Shown here: positions 39,601 through 56,100 of the stretch, in pieces
Layout: each line of letters begins with the position of its first letter
How positions within the stretch are numbered: position 1 is the first letter of the stretch
From: Auanema rhodensis
Taxonomy: Eukaryota; Animalia; Nematoda
Direction of reading: 5' to 3'
Assembly (NCBI GenBank): GCA_964057225.1
Contig: CAXKVF010000076.1
Span: forward strand, 434,001-498,000
DNA length: 64,000 bases
The notes under the pieces: model-generated
Database searches by the model: none
What the model saw: the letters and a program-made list of their open reading frames with translations, nothing else
What the model was told of the DNA's origin: nothing
Program-made: the position numbers and the translations under genes

Positions 39601-42600
39601 ACGTGAAGCGAGTTACATACCAAGTGCACATCACGTGTACATTTAATTAGCATAAATTAAAGTTCACGTAAATTTCAAAGTCATGGTTACCATGCACCAA
39701 TATCAATAAAAATTTGTTTTTAGACTAATATGGACATGAGGAATCTAATTTTGAAAACCGCATCTCTTTATCTTTCACGTGAAGCGAGTTACATACCAAG
39801 TGCACATCACGTGTACATTTAATTAGCATAAATTAAAGTTCACGTAAATTTCAAAGTCATGGTTACCATGCACCAATATCAATAAAAATTTGTTTTTAGA
39901 CTAATATGGACATGGGGAATCTAACTTTGAAAACCGCATCTCTTTATCTTTCACGTGAAGCGAGTTACATACCAAGTGCACATCACGTGTACATTTAATT
40001 AGCATAAATTAAAGTTCACGTAAATTTCAAAGTCATGGTTACCATGCACCAATATCAATGAAAATTTGTTTTTAGACTAATATGGACATGAGGAATCTAA
40101 TTTTGAAAACCGCATCTCTTTATCTTTCACGTGAAGCGAGTTACATACCAAGTGCACATCACGTGTACATTTAATTAGCATAAATTAAAGTTCACGTAAA
40201 TTTCAAAGTCATGGTTACCATGCACCAATATCAATAAAAATTTGTTTTTAGACTAATATGGACATGGGGAATCAAATTTTGAAAACCGCATCTCTTTATC
40301 TTTCACGTGAAGCGAGTTACATACCAAGTGCACATCACGTGTACATTTAATTAGCATAAATTAAAGTTCACGTAAATTTCAAAGTCATGGTTACCATGCA
40401 CCAATATCAATAAAAATTTGTTTTTAGACTAATATGGACATGGGGAATCTAATTTTGAAAACCGCATCTCTTTATCTTTCACGTGAAGCGAGTTACATAC
40501 CAAGTGCACATCACGTGTACATTTAATTAGCATAAATTAAAGTTCACGTAAATTTCAAAGTCATGGTTACCATGCACCAATATCAATAAAAATTTGTTTT
40601 TAGACTAATATGGACATGAGGAATCTAATTTTGAAAACCGCATCTCTTTATCTTTCACGTGAAGCGAGTTACATACCAAGTGCACATCACGTGTACATTT
40701 AATTAGCATAAATTAAAGTTCACGTAAATTTCAAAGTCATGGTTACCATGCACCAATATCAATAAAAATTTGTTTTTAGACTAATATGGACATGGGGAAT
40801 CAAATTTTGAAAACCGCATCTCTTTATCTTTCACGTGAAGCGAGTTACATACCAAGTGCACATCACGTGTACATTTAATTAGCATAAATTAAAGTTCACG
40901 TAAATTTCAAAGTCATGGTTACCATGAACCAATATCAATAAAAATTTGTTTTTAGACTAATATGGACATGAGGAATCTAATTTTGAAAACCGCATCTCTT
41001 TTTTTCTTTCACGTGAAGCGAGTTACATACCAAGTGCACATCACGTGTACATTTAATTAGCATAAATTAAAGTTCACGTAAATTTCAAAGTCATGGTTAC
41101 CATGAACCAATATCAATAAAAATTTGTTTTTTGACTAATATGGACATGGGGAATCTAATTTTGAAAACCGCATCTCTTTATCTTTCACGTGAAGCGAGTT
41201 ACATACCAAGTGCACATCACGTGTACATTTAATTAGCATAAATTAAAGTTCACGTAAATTTCAAAGTCATGGTTACCATGCACCAATATCAATAAAAATT
41301 TGTTTTTAGACTAATATGGACATGAGGAATCTAATTTTGAAAACCGCATCTCTTTATCTTTCACGTGAAGCGAGTTACATACCAAGTGCACATCACGTGT
41401 ACATTTAATTAGCATAAATTAAAGTTCACGTAAATTTCAAAGTCATGGTTACCATGCACCAATATCAATAAAAATTTGTTTTTAGACTAATATGGACATG
41501 GGGAATCTAATTTTGAAAACCGCATCTCTTTATCTTTCACGTGAAGCGAGTTACATACCAAGTGCACATCACGTGTACATTTAATTAGCATAAATTAAAG
41601 TTCACGTAAATTTCAAAGTCATGGTTACCATGCACCAATATCAATAAAAATTTGTTTTTAGACTAATATGGACATGGGGAATCTAATTTTGAAAACCGCA
41701 TCTCTTTATCTTTCACGTGAAGCGAGTTACATACCAAGTGCACATCACGTTTACATTTAATTAGCATAAATTAAAGTTCACGTAAATTTCAAAGTCATGG
41801 TTACCATGAACCAATATCAATAAAAATTTGTTTTTAGACTAATATGGACATGGGGAATCTAATTTTGAAAACCGCATCTCTTTATCTTTCACGTGAAGCG
41901 AGTTACATACCAAGTGCACATCACGTGTACATTTAATTAGCATAAATTAAAGTTCACGTAAATTTCAAAGTCATGGTTACCATGCACCAATATCAATAAA
42001 AATTTGTTTTTAGACTAATATGGACATGGGGAATCTAATTTTGAAAACCGCATCTCTTTATCTTTCACGTGAAGCGAGTTACATACCAAGTGCACATCAC
42101 GTGTACATTTAATTAGCATAAATTAAAGTTCACGTAAATTTCAAAGTCATGGTTACCATGCACCAATATCAATAAAAATTTGTTTTTAGACTAATATGGA
42201 CATGGGGAATCTAATTTTGAAAACCGCATCTCTTTATCTTCCACGTGAAGCGAGTTACATACCAAGTGCACATCACGTGTACATTTAATTAGCATAAATT
42301 AAAGTTCACGTAAATTTCAAAGTCATGGTTACCATGAACCAATATCAATAAAAATTTGTTTTTAGACTAATATGTACATGGGGAATCTAATTTTGAAAAC
42401 CGCATCTCTTTATCTTTCACGTTAAGCGAGTTACATACCAAGTGCACATCACGTGTACATTTAATTAGCATAAATTAAAGTTCACGTAAATTTCAAAGTC
42501 ATGGTTACCATGAAGCAATATCAATAAAAACTTGTTTTTAGACTAATATGGACATGGGGAATCTAATTTTGAAAACCGCATCTCTTTATCTTTCACGTGA

Positions 42601-42767
42601 AGCGAGTTACATACCAAGTGCACATCACGTGTACATTTAATTAGCATAAATTAAAGTTCACGTAAATTTCAAAGTCATGGTTACCATGAAGCAATATCAA
42701 TAAAAATTTGTTTTTAGACTAATATGGACATGGGGAATCTAATTTTGAGAACCGCATCTCTTTATCT

Positions 42768-45700
42768 TTCACGTGAAGCGAGTTACATACCAAGTGCACA
42801 TCACGTGTACATTTAATTAGCATAAATTAAAGTTCACGTAAATTTCAAAGTCATTGTTACCATGCACCAATATCAATAAAAATTTGTTTTTAGACTAATA
42901 TGGACATGGGGAATCTAATTTTGAAAACCGCATCTCTTTATCTTTCACGTGAAGCGAGTTACATATCAAGTGCACATCACGTGTACATTTAATTAGCATA
43001 AATTAAAGTTCACGTAAATTTCAAAGTCATGGTTACCATTAACCAATATCAATAAAAATTTGTTTTTAGACTAATATGGACATGGGGAATCTAATTTTGA
43101 AAACCGCATCTCTTTATCTTTCACGTGAAGCGAGTTACATACCAAGTGCACATCACGTGTACATTTAATTAGCATAAATTAAAGTTCACGTAAATTTCAA
43201 AGTCATGGTTACCATGCACCAATATCAATAAAAATCTGTTTTTAGACTAATATGGACATGGGGAATCTAATTTTGAAAACCGCATCTCTTTATCTTTCAC
43301 GTGAAGCGAGTTACATACCAAGTGCACATCACGTGTACATTTAATTAGCATAAATTAAAGTTCACGTAAATTTCAAAGTCATGGTTACCATGCACCAATA
43401 TCAATAAAAATTTGTTTTTAGACTAATATGGACATGGGGAATCTAATTTTGAAAACCGCATCTCTTTATCTTTCACGTGAAGCGAGTTACATACCAAGTG
43501 CACATCACGTGTACATTTAATTAGCATAAATTAAAGTTCACGTAAATTTCAAAGTCATTGTTACCATGCACCAATATCAATAAAAATTTGTTTTTAGACT
43601 AATATGGACATGGGGAATCTAATTTTGAAAACCGCATCTCTTTATCTTTCACGTGAAGCGAGTTACATATCAAGTGCACATCACGTGTACATTTAATTAG
43701 CATAAATTAAAGTTCACGTAAATTTCAAAGTCATGGTTACCATTAACCAATATCAATAAAAATTTGTTTTTAGACTAATATGGACATGGGGAATCTAATT
43801 TTGAAAACCGCATCTCTTTATCTTTCACGTGAAGCGAGTTACATACCAAGTGCACATCACGTGTACATTTAATTAGCATAAATTAAAGTTCACGTAAATT
43901 TCAAAGTCATGGTTACCATGCACCAATATCAATAAAAATCTGTTTTTAGACTAATATGGACATGGGGAATCTAATTTTGAAAACCGCATCTCTTTATCTT
44001 TCACGTGAAGCGAGTTACATACCAAGTGCACATCACGTGTACATTTAATTAGCATAAATTAAAGTTCACGTAAATTTCAAAGTCATGGTTACCATGCACC
44101 AATATCAATAAAAATTTGTTTTTAGACTAATATGGACATGGGGAATCTAATTTTGAAAACCGCATCTCTTTATCTTTCACGTGAAGCGAGTTACATATCA
44201 AGTGCACATCACGTGTACATTTAATTAGCATAAATTAAAGTTCACGTAAATTTCAAAGTCATGGTTACCATTAACCAATATCAATAAAAATTTGTTTTTA
44301 GACTAATATGGACATGGGGAATCTAATTTTGAAAACCGCATCTCTTTATCTTTCAAGTGAAGCGAGTTACATACCAAGTGCACATCACGTGTACATTTAA
44401 TTAGCATAAATTAAAGTTCACGTAAATTTCAAAGTCATGGTTACCATGCACCAATATCAATAAAAATTTGTTTTTAGACTAATATGGCCATGGGGAATCT
44501 AATTTTGAAAACCGCATCTCTTTATCTTTCACGTGAAGCGAGTTACATACCAAGTGCACATCACGTGTACATTTAATTAGCATAAATTAAAGTTCACGTA
44601 AATTTCAAAGTCATGGTTACCATGCACCAATATCAATAAAAATTTGTTTTTAGACTAATATGGACATGGGGAATCTAATTTTGAAAACCGCATCTCTTTA
44701 TCTTTCAAGTGAAGCGAGTTACATACCAAGTGCACATCACGTGTACATTTAATTAGCATAAATTAAAGTTCACGTAAATTTCAAAGTCATGGTTACCATG
44801 AAGCAATATCAATAAAAATTTGTTTTTAGACTAATATGGACATGGGGAATCTAATTTTGAAAACCGCATCTCTTTATCTTTCACGTGAAGCGAGTTACAT
44901 ACCAAGTGCACATCACGTGTACATTTAATTAGCATAAATTAAAGTTCACGTAAATTTCAAAGTCATTGTTACCATGCACCAATATCAATAAAAATTTGTT
45001 TTTAGACTAATATGGACATGGGGAATCTAATTTTGAAAACCGCATCTCTTTATCTTTCACGTGAAGCGAGTTACATATCAAGTGCACATCACGTGTACAT
45101 TTAATTAGCATAAATTAAAGTTCACGTAAATTTCAAAGTCATGGTTACCATTAACCAATATCAATAAAAATTTGTTTTTAGACTAATATGGACATGGGGA
45201 ATCTAATTTTGAAAACCGCATCTCTTTATCTTTCACGTGAAGCGAGTTACATACCAAGTGCACATCACGTGTACATTTAATTAGCATAAATTAAAGTTCA
45301 CGTAAATTTCAAAGTCATGGTTACCATGCACCAATATCAATAAAAATCTGTTTTTAGACTAATATGGACATGGGGAATCTAATTTTGAAAACCGCATCTC
45401 TTTATCTTTCACGTGAAGCGAGTTACATACCAAGTGCACATCACGTGTACATTTAATTAGCATAAATTAAAGTTCACGTAAATTTCAAAGTCATGGTTAC
45501 CATGCACCAATATCAATAAAAATTTGTTTTTAGACTAATATGGACATGGGGAATCTAATTTTGAAAACCGCATCTCTTTATCTTTCACGTGAAGCGAGTT
45601 ACATATCAAGTGCACATCACGTGTACATTTAATTAGCATAAATTAATATTCACGTAAATTTCAAAGTCATGGTTACCATTAACCAATATCAATAAAAATT

Positions 45701-45935
45701 TGTTTTTAGACTAATATGGACATGGGGAATCTAATTTTGAAAACCGCATCTCTTTATCTTTCAAGTGAAGCGAGTTACATACCAAGTGCACATCACGTGT
45801 ACATTTAATTAGCATAAATTAAAGTTCACGTAAATTTCAAAGTCATGGTTACCATGCACCAATATCAATAAAAATTTGTTTTTAGACTAATATGGACATG
45901 GGGAATCTAATTTTGAAAACCGCATCTCTTTATCT
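42768..45935 (+). repeat. Higher-order repeat with 4- and 8-monomer periods
   Basis: The unit is [CATTGTT][CATATCAAG+CATTAACC][TCTG][consensus]. The CATTG marker lies at 42855, 43559 (+704) and 44967 (+1408). Confidence 0.88.
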
Positions 45936-48900
45936 TTCACGTGAAGCGAGTTACATACCAAGTGCACATCACGTGTACATTTAATTAGCATAAATTAAAG
46001 TTCACGTAAATTTCAAAGTCATGGTTACCATGCACCAATATCAATAAAAATTTGTTTTTAGACTAATATGGACATGGGGAATCAAATTTTGAAAACCGCA
46101 TCTCTTTATCTTTCACGTGAAGCGAGTTACATACCAAGTGCACATCACGTGTACATTTAATTAGCATAAATTAAAGTTCACGTAAATTTCAAAGTCATGG
46201 TTACCATGCACCAATATCAATAAAAATTTGTTTTTAGACTAATATGGACATGGGGAATCTAATTTTGAAAACCGCATCTCTTTATCTTTCACGTGAAGCG
46301 AGTTACATACCAAGTGCACATCACGTGTACATTTAATTAGCATAAATTAAAGTTCACGTAAATTTCAAAGTCATGGTTACCATGCACCAATATCATAAAA
46401 ATTGGTTTTTAGACTAATATGGACATGAGGAATCTAATTTTGAAAACCGCATCTCTTTATCTTTCACGTGAAGCGAGTTACATACCAAGTGCACATCACG
46501 TGTACATTTAATTAGCATAAATTAAAGTTCACGTAAATTTCAAAGTCATGGTTACCATGCACCAATATCAATAAAAATTTGTTTTTAGACTAATATGGAC
46601 ATGGGGAATCTAATTTTGAAAACCGCATCTCTTTATATTTCACGTGAAGCGAGTTACATACCAAGTGCACATCACGTGTACATTTAATTAGCATAAATTA
46701 AAGTTCACGTAAATTTCAAAGTCATGGTTACCATGCACCAATATCAATAAAAATTTGTTTTTAGACTAATATGGACATGGGGAATCAAATTTTGAAAACC
46801 GCATCTCTTTATCTTTCACGTGAAGCGAGTTACATACCAAGTGCACATCACGTGTACATTTAATTAGCATAAATTAAAGTTCACGTAAATTTCAAAGTCA
46901 TGGTTACCATGCACCAATATCAATAAAAATTTGTTTTTAGACTAATATGGACATGGGGAATCTAATTTTGAAAACCGCATCTCTTTATCTTTCACGTGAA
47001 GCGAGTTACATACCAAGTGCACATCACGTGTACATTTAATTAGCATAAATTAAAGTTCACGTAAATTTCAAAGTCATGGTTACCATGCACCAATATCAAT
47101 AAAAATTTGTTTTTAGACTAATATGGACATGGGGAATCAAATTTTGAAAACCGCATCTCTTTATCTTTCACGTGAAGCGAGTTACATACCAAGTGCACAT
47201 CACGTGTACATTTAATTAGCATAAATTAAAGTTCACGTAAATTTCAAAGTCATGGTTACCATGCACCAATATCAATAAAAATTTGTTTTTAGACTAATAT
47301 GGACATGAGGAATCTAATTTTGAAAACCGCATCTCTTTATCTTTCACGTGAAGCGAGTTACATACCAAGTGCACATCACGTGTACATTTAATTAGCATAA
47401 ATTAAAGTTCACGTAAATTTCAAAGTCATGGTTACCATGCACCAATATCAATAAAAATTTGTTTTTAGACTAATATGGACATGAGCAATCTAATTTTGAG
47501 AACCGCATCTCTTTATCTTTCACGTGAAGCGAGTTACATACCAAGTGCACATCACGTGTACATTTAATTAGCATAAATTAAAGTTCACGTAAATTTCAAA
47601 GTCATGGTTACCATGAACCAATATCAATAAAAATTTGTTTTTTGACTAATATGGACATGGGGAATCTAATTTTGAAAACCGCATCTCTTTATCTTTCACG
47701 TGAAGCGAGTTACATACCAAGTGCACATCACGTGTACATTTAATTAGCATAAATTAAAGTTCACGTAAATTTCAAAGTCATGGTTACCATGCACCAATAT
47801 CAATAAAAATTTGTTTTTAGACTAATATGGACATGAGGAATCTAATTTTGAAAACCGCATCTCTTTATCTTTCACGTGAAGCGAGTTACATACCAAGTGC
47901 ACATCACGTGTACATTTAATTAGCATAAATTAAAGTTCACGTAAATTTCAAAGTCATGGTTACCATGCACCAATATCAATAAAAATTTGTTTTTAGACTA
48001 ATATGGACATGGGGAATCAAATTTTGAAAACCGCATCTCTTTATCTTTCACGTGAAGCGAGTTACATATCAAGTGCACATCACGTGTACATTTAATTAGC
48101 ATAAATTAAAGTTCACGTAAATTTCAAAGTCATGGTTACCATTAACCAATATCAATAAAAATTTGTTTTTAGACTAATATGGACATGGGGAATCTAATTT
48201 TGAAAACCGCATCTCTTTATCTTTCAAGTGAAGCGAGTTACATACCAAGTGCACATCACGTGTACATTTAATTAGCATAAATTAAAGTTCACGTAAATTT
48301 CAAAGTCATGGTTACCATGCACCAATATCAATAAAAATTTGTTTTTAGACTAATATGGACATGGGGAATCTAATTTTGAAAACCGCATCTCTTTATCTTT
48401 CACGTGAAGCGAGTTACATACCAAGTGCACATCACGTGTACATTTAATTAGCATAAATTAAAGTTCACGTAAATTTCAAAGTCATGGTTACCATGCACCA
48501 ATATCATAAAAATTGGTTTTTAGACTAATATGGACATGAGGAATCTAATTTTGAAAACCGCATCTCTTTATCTTTCACGTGAAGCGAGTTACATACCAAG
48601 TGCACATCACGTGTACATTTAATTAGCATAAATTAAAGTTCACGTAAATTTCAAAGTCATGGTTACCATGCACCAATATCAATAAAAATTTGTTTTTAGA
48701 CTAATATGGACATGGGGAATCTAATTTTGAAAACCGCATCTCTTTATATTTCACGTGAAGCGAGTTACATACCAAGTGCACATCACGTGTACATTTAATT
48801 AGCATAAATTAAAGTTCACGTAAATTTCAAAGTCATGGTTACCATGCACCAATATCAATAAAAATTTGTTTTTAGACTAATATGGACATGGGGAATCTAA

Positions 48901-51900
48901 TTTTGAAAACCGCATCTCTTTATCTTTCACGTGAAGCGAGTTACATACCAAGTGCACATCACGTGTACATTTAATTAGCATAAATTAAAGTTCACGTAAA
49001 TTTCAAAGTCATGGTTACCATGCACCAATATCAATAAAAATTTGTTTTTAGACTAATATGGACATGGGGAATCAAATTTTGAAAACCGCATCTCTTTATC
49101 TTTCACGTGAAGCGAGTTACATACCAAGTGCACATCACGTGTACATTTAATTAGCATAAATTAAAGTTCACGTAAATTTCAAAGTCATGGTTACCATGCA
49201 CCAATATCAATAAAAATTTGTTTTTAGACTAATATGGACATGGGGAATCTAATTTTGAAAACCGCATCTCTTTATCTTTCACGTGAAGCGAGTTACATAC
49301 CAAGTGCACATCACGTGTACATTTAATTAGCATAAATTAAAGTTCACGTAAATTTCAAAGTCATGGTTACCATGCACCAATATCATAAAAATTGGTTTTT
49401 AGACTAATATGGACATGAGGAATCTAATTTTGAAAACCGCATCTCTTTATCTTTCACGTGAAGCGAGTTACATACCAAGTGCACATCACGTGTACATTTA
49501 ATTAGCATAAATTAAAGTTCACGTAAATTTCAAAGTCATGGTTACCATGCACCAATATCAATAAAAATTTGTTTTTAGACTAATATGGACATGGGGAATC
49601 TAATTTTGAAAACCGCATCTCTTTATATTTCACGTGAAGCGAGTTACATACCAAGTGCACATCACGTGTACATTTAATTAGCATAAATTAAAGTTCACGT
49701 AAATTTCAAAGTCATGGTTACCATGCACCAATATCAATAAAAATTTGTTTTTAGACTAATATGGACATGGGGAATCTAATTTTGAAAACCGCATCTCTTT
49801 ATCTTTCACGTGAAGCGAGTTACATACCAAGTGCACATCACGTGTACATTTAATTAGCATAAATTAAAGTTCACGTAAATTTCAAAGTCATGGTTACCAT
49901 GCACCAATATCAATAAAAATTTGTTTTTAGACTAATATGGACATGGGGAATCAAATTTTGAAAACCGCATCTCTTTATCTTTCACGTGAAGCGAGTTACA
50001 TACCAAGTGCACATCACGTGTACATTTAATTAGCATAAATTAAAGTTCACGTAAATTTCAAAGTCATGGTTACCATGCACCAATATCAATAAAAATTTGT
50101 TTTTAGACTAATATGGACATGGGGAATCTAATTTTGAAAACCGCATCTCTTTATCTTTCACGTGAAGCGAGTTACATACCAAGTGCACATCACGTGTACA
50201 TTTAATTAGCATAAATTAAAGTTCACGTAAATTTCAAAGTCATGGTTACCATGCACCAATATCAATAAAAATTTGTTTTTAGACTAATATGGACATGGGG
50301 AATCAAATTTTGAAAACCGCATCTCTTTATCTTTCACGTGAAGCGAGTTACATACCAAGTGCACATCACGTGTACATTTAATTAGCATAAATTAAAGTTC
50401 ACGTAAATTTCAAAGTCATGGTTACCATGCACCAATATCAATAAAAATTTGTTTTTAGACTAATATGGACATGAGGAATCTAATTTTGAAAACCGCATCT
50501 CTTTATCTTTCACGTGAAGCGAGTTACATACCAAGTGCACATCACGTGTACATTTAATTAGCATAAATTAAAGTTCACGTAAATTTCAAAGTCATGGTTA
50601 CCATGCACCAATATCAATAAAAATTTGTTTTTAGACTAATATGGACATGGGGAATCAAATTTTGAGAACCGCATCTCTTTATCTTTCACGTGAAGCGAGT
50701 TACATACCAAGTGCACATCACGTGTACATTTAATTAGCATAAATTAAAGTTCACGTAAATTTCAAAGTCATGGTTACCATGAACCAATATCAATAAAAAT
50801 TTGTTTTTTGACTAATATGGACATGGGGAATCTAATTTTGAAAACCGCATCTCTTTATCTTTCACGTGAAGCGAGTTACATACCAAGTGCACATCACGTG
50901 TACATTTAATTAGCATAAATTAAAGTTCACGTAAATTTCAAAGTCATGGTTACCATGCACCAATATCAATAAAAATTTGTTTTTAGACTAATATGGACAT
51001 GAGGAATCTAATTTTGAAAACCGCATCTCTTTATCTTTCACGTGAAGCGAGTTACATACCAAGTGCACATCACGTGTACATTTAATTAGCATAAATTAAA
51101 GTTCACGTAAATTTCAAAGTCATGGTTACCATGCACCAATATCAATAAAAATTTGTTTTTAGACTAATATGGACATGGGGAATCAAATTTTGAAAACCGC
51201 ATCTCTTTATCTTTCACGTGAAGCGAGTTACATACCAAGTGCACATCACGTGTACATTTAATTAGCATAAATTAAAGTTCACGTAAATTTCAAAGTCATG
51301 GTTACCATGAACCAATATCAATAAAAATTTGTTTTTTGACTAATATGGACATGGGGAATCTAATTTTGAAAACCGCATCTCTTTATCTTTCACGTGAAGC
51401 GAGTTACATACCAAGTGCACATCACGTGTACATTTAATTAGCATAAATTAAAGTTCACGTAAATTTCAAAGTCATGGTTACCATGCACCAATATCAATAA
51501 AAATTTGTTTTTAGACTAATATGGACATGGGGAATCAAATTTTGAAAACCGCATCTCTTTATCTTTCACGTGAAGCGAGTTACATACCAAGTGCACATCA
51601 CGTGTACATTTAATTAGCATAAATTAAAGTTCACGTAAATTTCAAAGTCATGGTTACCATGCACCAATATCAATAAAAATTTGTTTTTAGACTAATATGG
51701 ACATGGGGAATCTAATTTTGAAAACCGCATCTCTTTATCTTTCACGTGAAGCGAGTTACATACCAAGTGCACATCACGTGTACATTTAATTAGCATAAAT
51801 TAAAGTTCACGTAAATTTCAAAGTCATGGTTACCATGCACCAATATCAATAAAAATTTGTTTTTAGACTAATATGGACATGGGGAATCAAATTTTGAAAA

Positions 51901-53147
51901 CCGCATCTCTTTATCTTTCACGTGAAGCGAGTTACATACCAAGTGCACATCACGTGTACATTTAATTAGCATAAATTAAAGTTCACGTAAATTTCAAAGT
52001 CATGGTTACCATGCACCAATATCAATAAAAATTTGTTTTTAGACTAATATGGACATGAGGAATCTAATTTTGAAAACCGCATCTCTTTATCTTTCACGTG
52101 AAGCGAGTTACATACCAAGTGCACATCACGTGTACATTTAATTAGCATAAATTAAAGTTCACGTAAATTTCAAAGTCATGGTTACCATGCACCAATATCA
52201 ATAAAAATTTGTTTTTAGACTAATATGGACATGGGGAATCAAATTTTGAGAACCGCATCTCTTTATCTTTCACGTGAAGCGAGTTACATACCAAGTGCAC
52301 ATCACGTGTACATTTAATTAGCATAAATTAAAGTTCACGTAAATTTCAAAGTCATGGTTACCATGAACCAATATCAATAAAAATTTGTTTTTTGACTAAT
52401 ATGGACATGGGGAATCTAATTTTGAAAACCGCATCTCTTTATCTTTCACGTGAAGCGAGTTACATACCAAGTGCACATCACGTGTACATTTAATTAGCAT
52501 AAATTAAAGTTCACGTAAATTTCAAAGTCATGGTTACCATGCACCAATATCAATAAAAATTTGTTTTTAGACTAATATGGACATGAGGAATCTAATTTTG
52601 AAAACCGCATCTCTTTATCTTTCACGTGAAGCGAGTTACATACCAAGTGCACATCACGTGTACATTTAATTAGCATAAATTAAAGTTCACGTAAATTTCA
52701 AAGTCATGGTTACCATGCACCAATATCAATAAAAATTTGTTTTTAGACTAATATGGACATGGGGAATCTAATTTTGAAAACCGCATCTCTTTATCTTTCA
52801 CGTGAAGCGAGTTACATACCAAGTGCACATCACGTGTACATTTAATTAGCATAAATTAAAGTTCACGTAAATTTCAAAGTCATGGTTACCATGCACCAAT
52901 ATCATAAAAATTGGTTTTTAGACTAATATGGACATGAGGAATCTAATTTTGAAAACCGCATCTCTTTATCTTCCACGTGAAGCGAGTTACATACCAAGTG
53001 CACATCACGTGTACATTTAATTAGCATAAATTAAAGTTCACGTAAATTTCAAAGTCATGGTTACCATGCACCAATATCAATAAAAATTTGTTTTTAGACT
53101 AATATGGACATGAGGAATCTAATTTTGAAAACCGCATCTCTTTATCT

Positions 53148-56100
53148 TTCACGTGAAGCGAGTTACATACCAAGTGCACATCACGTGTACATTTAATTAG
53201 CATAAATTAAAGTTCACGTAAATTTCAAAGTCATGGTTACCATGCACCAATATCAATAAAAATTTGTTTTTAGACCAATATGGACATGAGGAATCTAATT
53301 TTGAAAACCGCATCTCTTTATCTTTCACGTGAAGCGAGTTACATACCAAGTGCACATCACGTGTACATTTAATTAGCATAAATTAAAGTTCACGTAAATT
53401 TCAAAGTCGTGGTTACCATGCACCAATATCAATAAAAATTCGTTTTTAGACTAATATGGACATGGGGAATCTAACTTTGAAAACCGCATCTCTTTATCTT
53501 TCACGTGAAGCGAGTTACATACCAAGTGCACATCACGTGTACATTTAATTAGCATAAATTAAAGTTCACGTAAATTTCAAAGTCATGGTTACCATGCACC
53601 AATATCAATAAAAATTCGTTTTTAGACTAATATGGACATGGGGAATCAAATTTTGAAAACCGCATCTCTTTATCTTTCACGTGAAGCGAGTTACATACCA
53701 AGTGCACATCACGTGTACATTTAATTAGCATAAATTAAAGTTCACGTAAATTTCAAAGTCATGGTTACCATGCACCAATATCAATAAAAATTTGTTTTTA
53801 GACTAATATGGACATGGGGAATCTAATTTTGAAAACCGCATCTCTTTATCTTTCACGTGAAGCGAGTTACATACCAAGTGCACATCACGTGTACATTTAA
53901 TTAGCATAAATTAAAGTTCACGTAAATTTCAAAGTCATGGTTACCATGCACCAATATCAATAAAAATTTGTTTTTAGACTAATATGGACATGGGGAATCA
54001 AATTTTGAAAACCGCATCTCTTTATCTTTCACGTGAAGCGAGTTACATACCAAGTGCACATCACGTGTACATTTAATTAGCATAAATTAAAGTTCACGTT
54101 AATTTCAAAGTCATGGTTACCATGCACCAATATCAATAAAAATTTGTTTTTAGACTAATATGGACATGAGGAATCTAATTTTGAAAACCGCATCTCTTTA
54201 TCTTTCACGTGAAGCGAGTTACATACCAAGTGCACATCACGTGTACATTTAATTAGCATAAATTAAAGTTCACGTAAATTTCAAAGTCATGGTTACCATG
54301 CACCAATATCAATAAAAATTTGTTTTTAGACTAATATGGACATGGGGAATCAAATTTTGAGAACCGCATCTCTTTATCTTTCACGTGAAGCGAGTTACAT
54401 ACCAAGTGCACATCACGTGTACATTTAATTAGCATAAATTAAAGTTCACGTAAATTTCAAAGTCATGGTTACCATGAACCAATATCAATAAAAATTTGTT
54501 TTTTGACTAATATGGACATGGGGAATCTAATTTTGAAAACCGCATCTCTTTATCTTTCACGTGAAGCGAGTTACATACCAAGTGCACATCACGTGTACAT
54601 TTAATTAGCATAAATTAAAGTTCACGTAAATTTCAAAGTCATGGTTACCATGCACCAATATCAATAAAAATTTGTTTTTAGACTAATATGGACATGAGGA
54701 ATCTAATTTTGAAAACCGCATCTCTTTATCTTTCACGTGAAGCGAGTTACATACCAAGTGCACATCACGTGTACATTTAATTAGCATAAATTAAAGTTCA
54801 CGTAAATTTCAAAGTCATGGTTACCATGCACCAATATCAATAAAAATTTGTTTTTAGACTAATATGGACATGGGGAATCAAATTTTGAAAACCGCATCTC
54901 TTTATCTTTCACGTGAAGCGAGTTACATACCAAGTGCACATCACGTGTACATTTAATTAGCATAAATTAAAGTTCACGTAAATTTCAAAGTCATGGTTAC
55001 CATGAACCAATATCAATAAAAATTTGTTTTTTGACTAATATGGACATGGGGAATCTAATTTTGAAAACCGCATCTCTTTATCTTTCACGTGAAGCGAGTT
55101 ACATACCAAGTGCACATCACGTGTACATTTAATTAGCATAAATTAAAGTTCACGTAAATTTCAAAGTCATGGTTACCATGCACCAATATCAATAAAAATT
55201 TGTTTTTAGACTAATATGGACATGAGGAATCTAATTTTGAAAACCGCATCTCTTTATCTTTCACGTGAAGCGAGTTACATACCAAGTGCACATCACGTGT
55301 ACATTTAATTAGCATAAATTAAAGTTCACGTAAATTTCAAAGTCATGGTTACCATGCACCAATATCAATAAAAATTTGTTTTTAGACTAATATGGACATG
55401 AGGAATCTAATTTTGAAAACCGCATCTCTTTATCTTTCACGTGAAGCGAGTTACATACCAAGTGCACATCACGTGTACATTTAATTAGCATAAATTAAAG
55501 TTCACGTAAATTTCAAAGTCATGGTTACCATGCACCAATATCAATAAAAATTTGTTTTTAGACTAATATGGACATGAGGAATCTAATTTTGAAAACCGCA
55601 TCTCTTTATCTTTCACGTGAAGCGAGTTACATACCAAGTGCACATCACGTGTACATTTAATTAGCATAAATTAAAGTTCACGTAAATTTCAAAGTCATGG
55701 TTACCATGCACCAATATCAATAAAAATTTGTTTTTAGACCAATATGGACATGAGGAATCTAATTTTGAAAACCGCATCTCTTTATCTTTCACGTGAAGCG
55801 AGTTACATACCAAGTGCACATCACGTGTACATTTAATTAGCATAAATTAAAGTTCACGTAAATTTCAAAGTCGTGGTTACCATGCACCAATATCAATAAA
55901 AATTCGTTTTTAGACTAATATGGACATGGGGAATCTAACTTTGAAAACCGCATCTCTTTATCTTTCACGTGAAGCGAGTTACATACCAAGTGCACATCAC
56001 GTGTACATTTAATTAGCATAAATTAAAGTTCACGTAAATTTCAAAGTCATGGTTACCATGCACCAATATCAATAAAAATTTGTTTTTAGACTAATATGGA

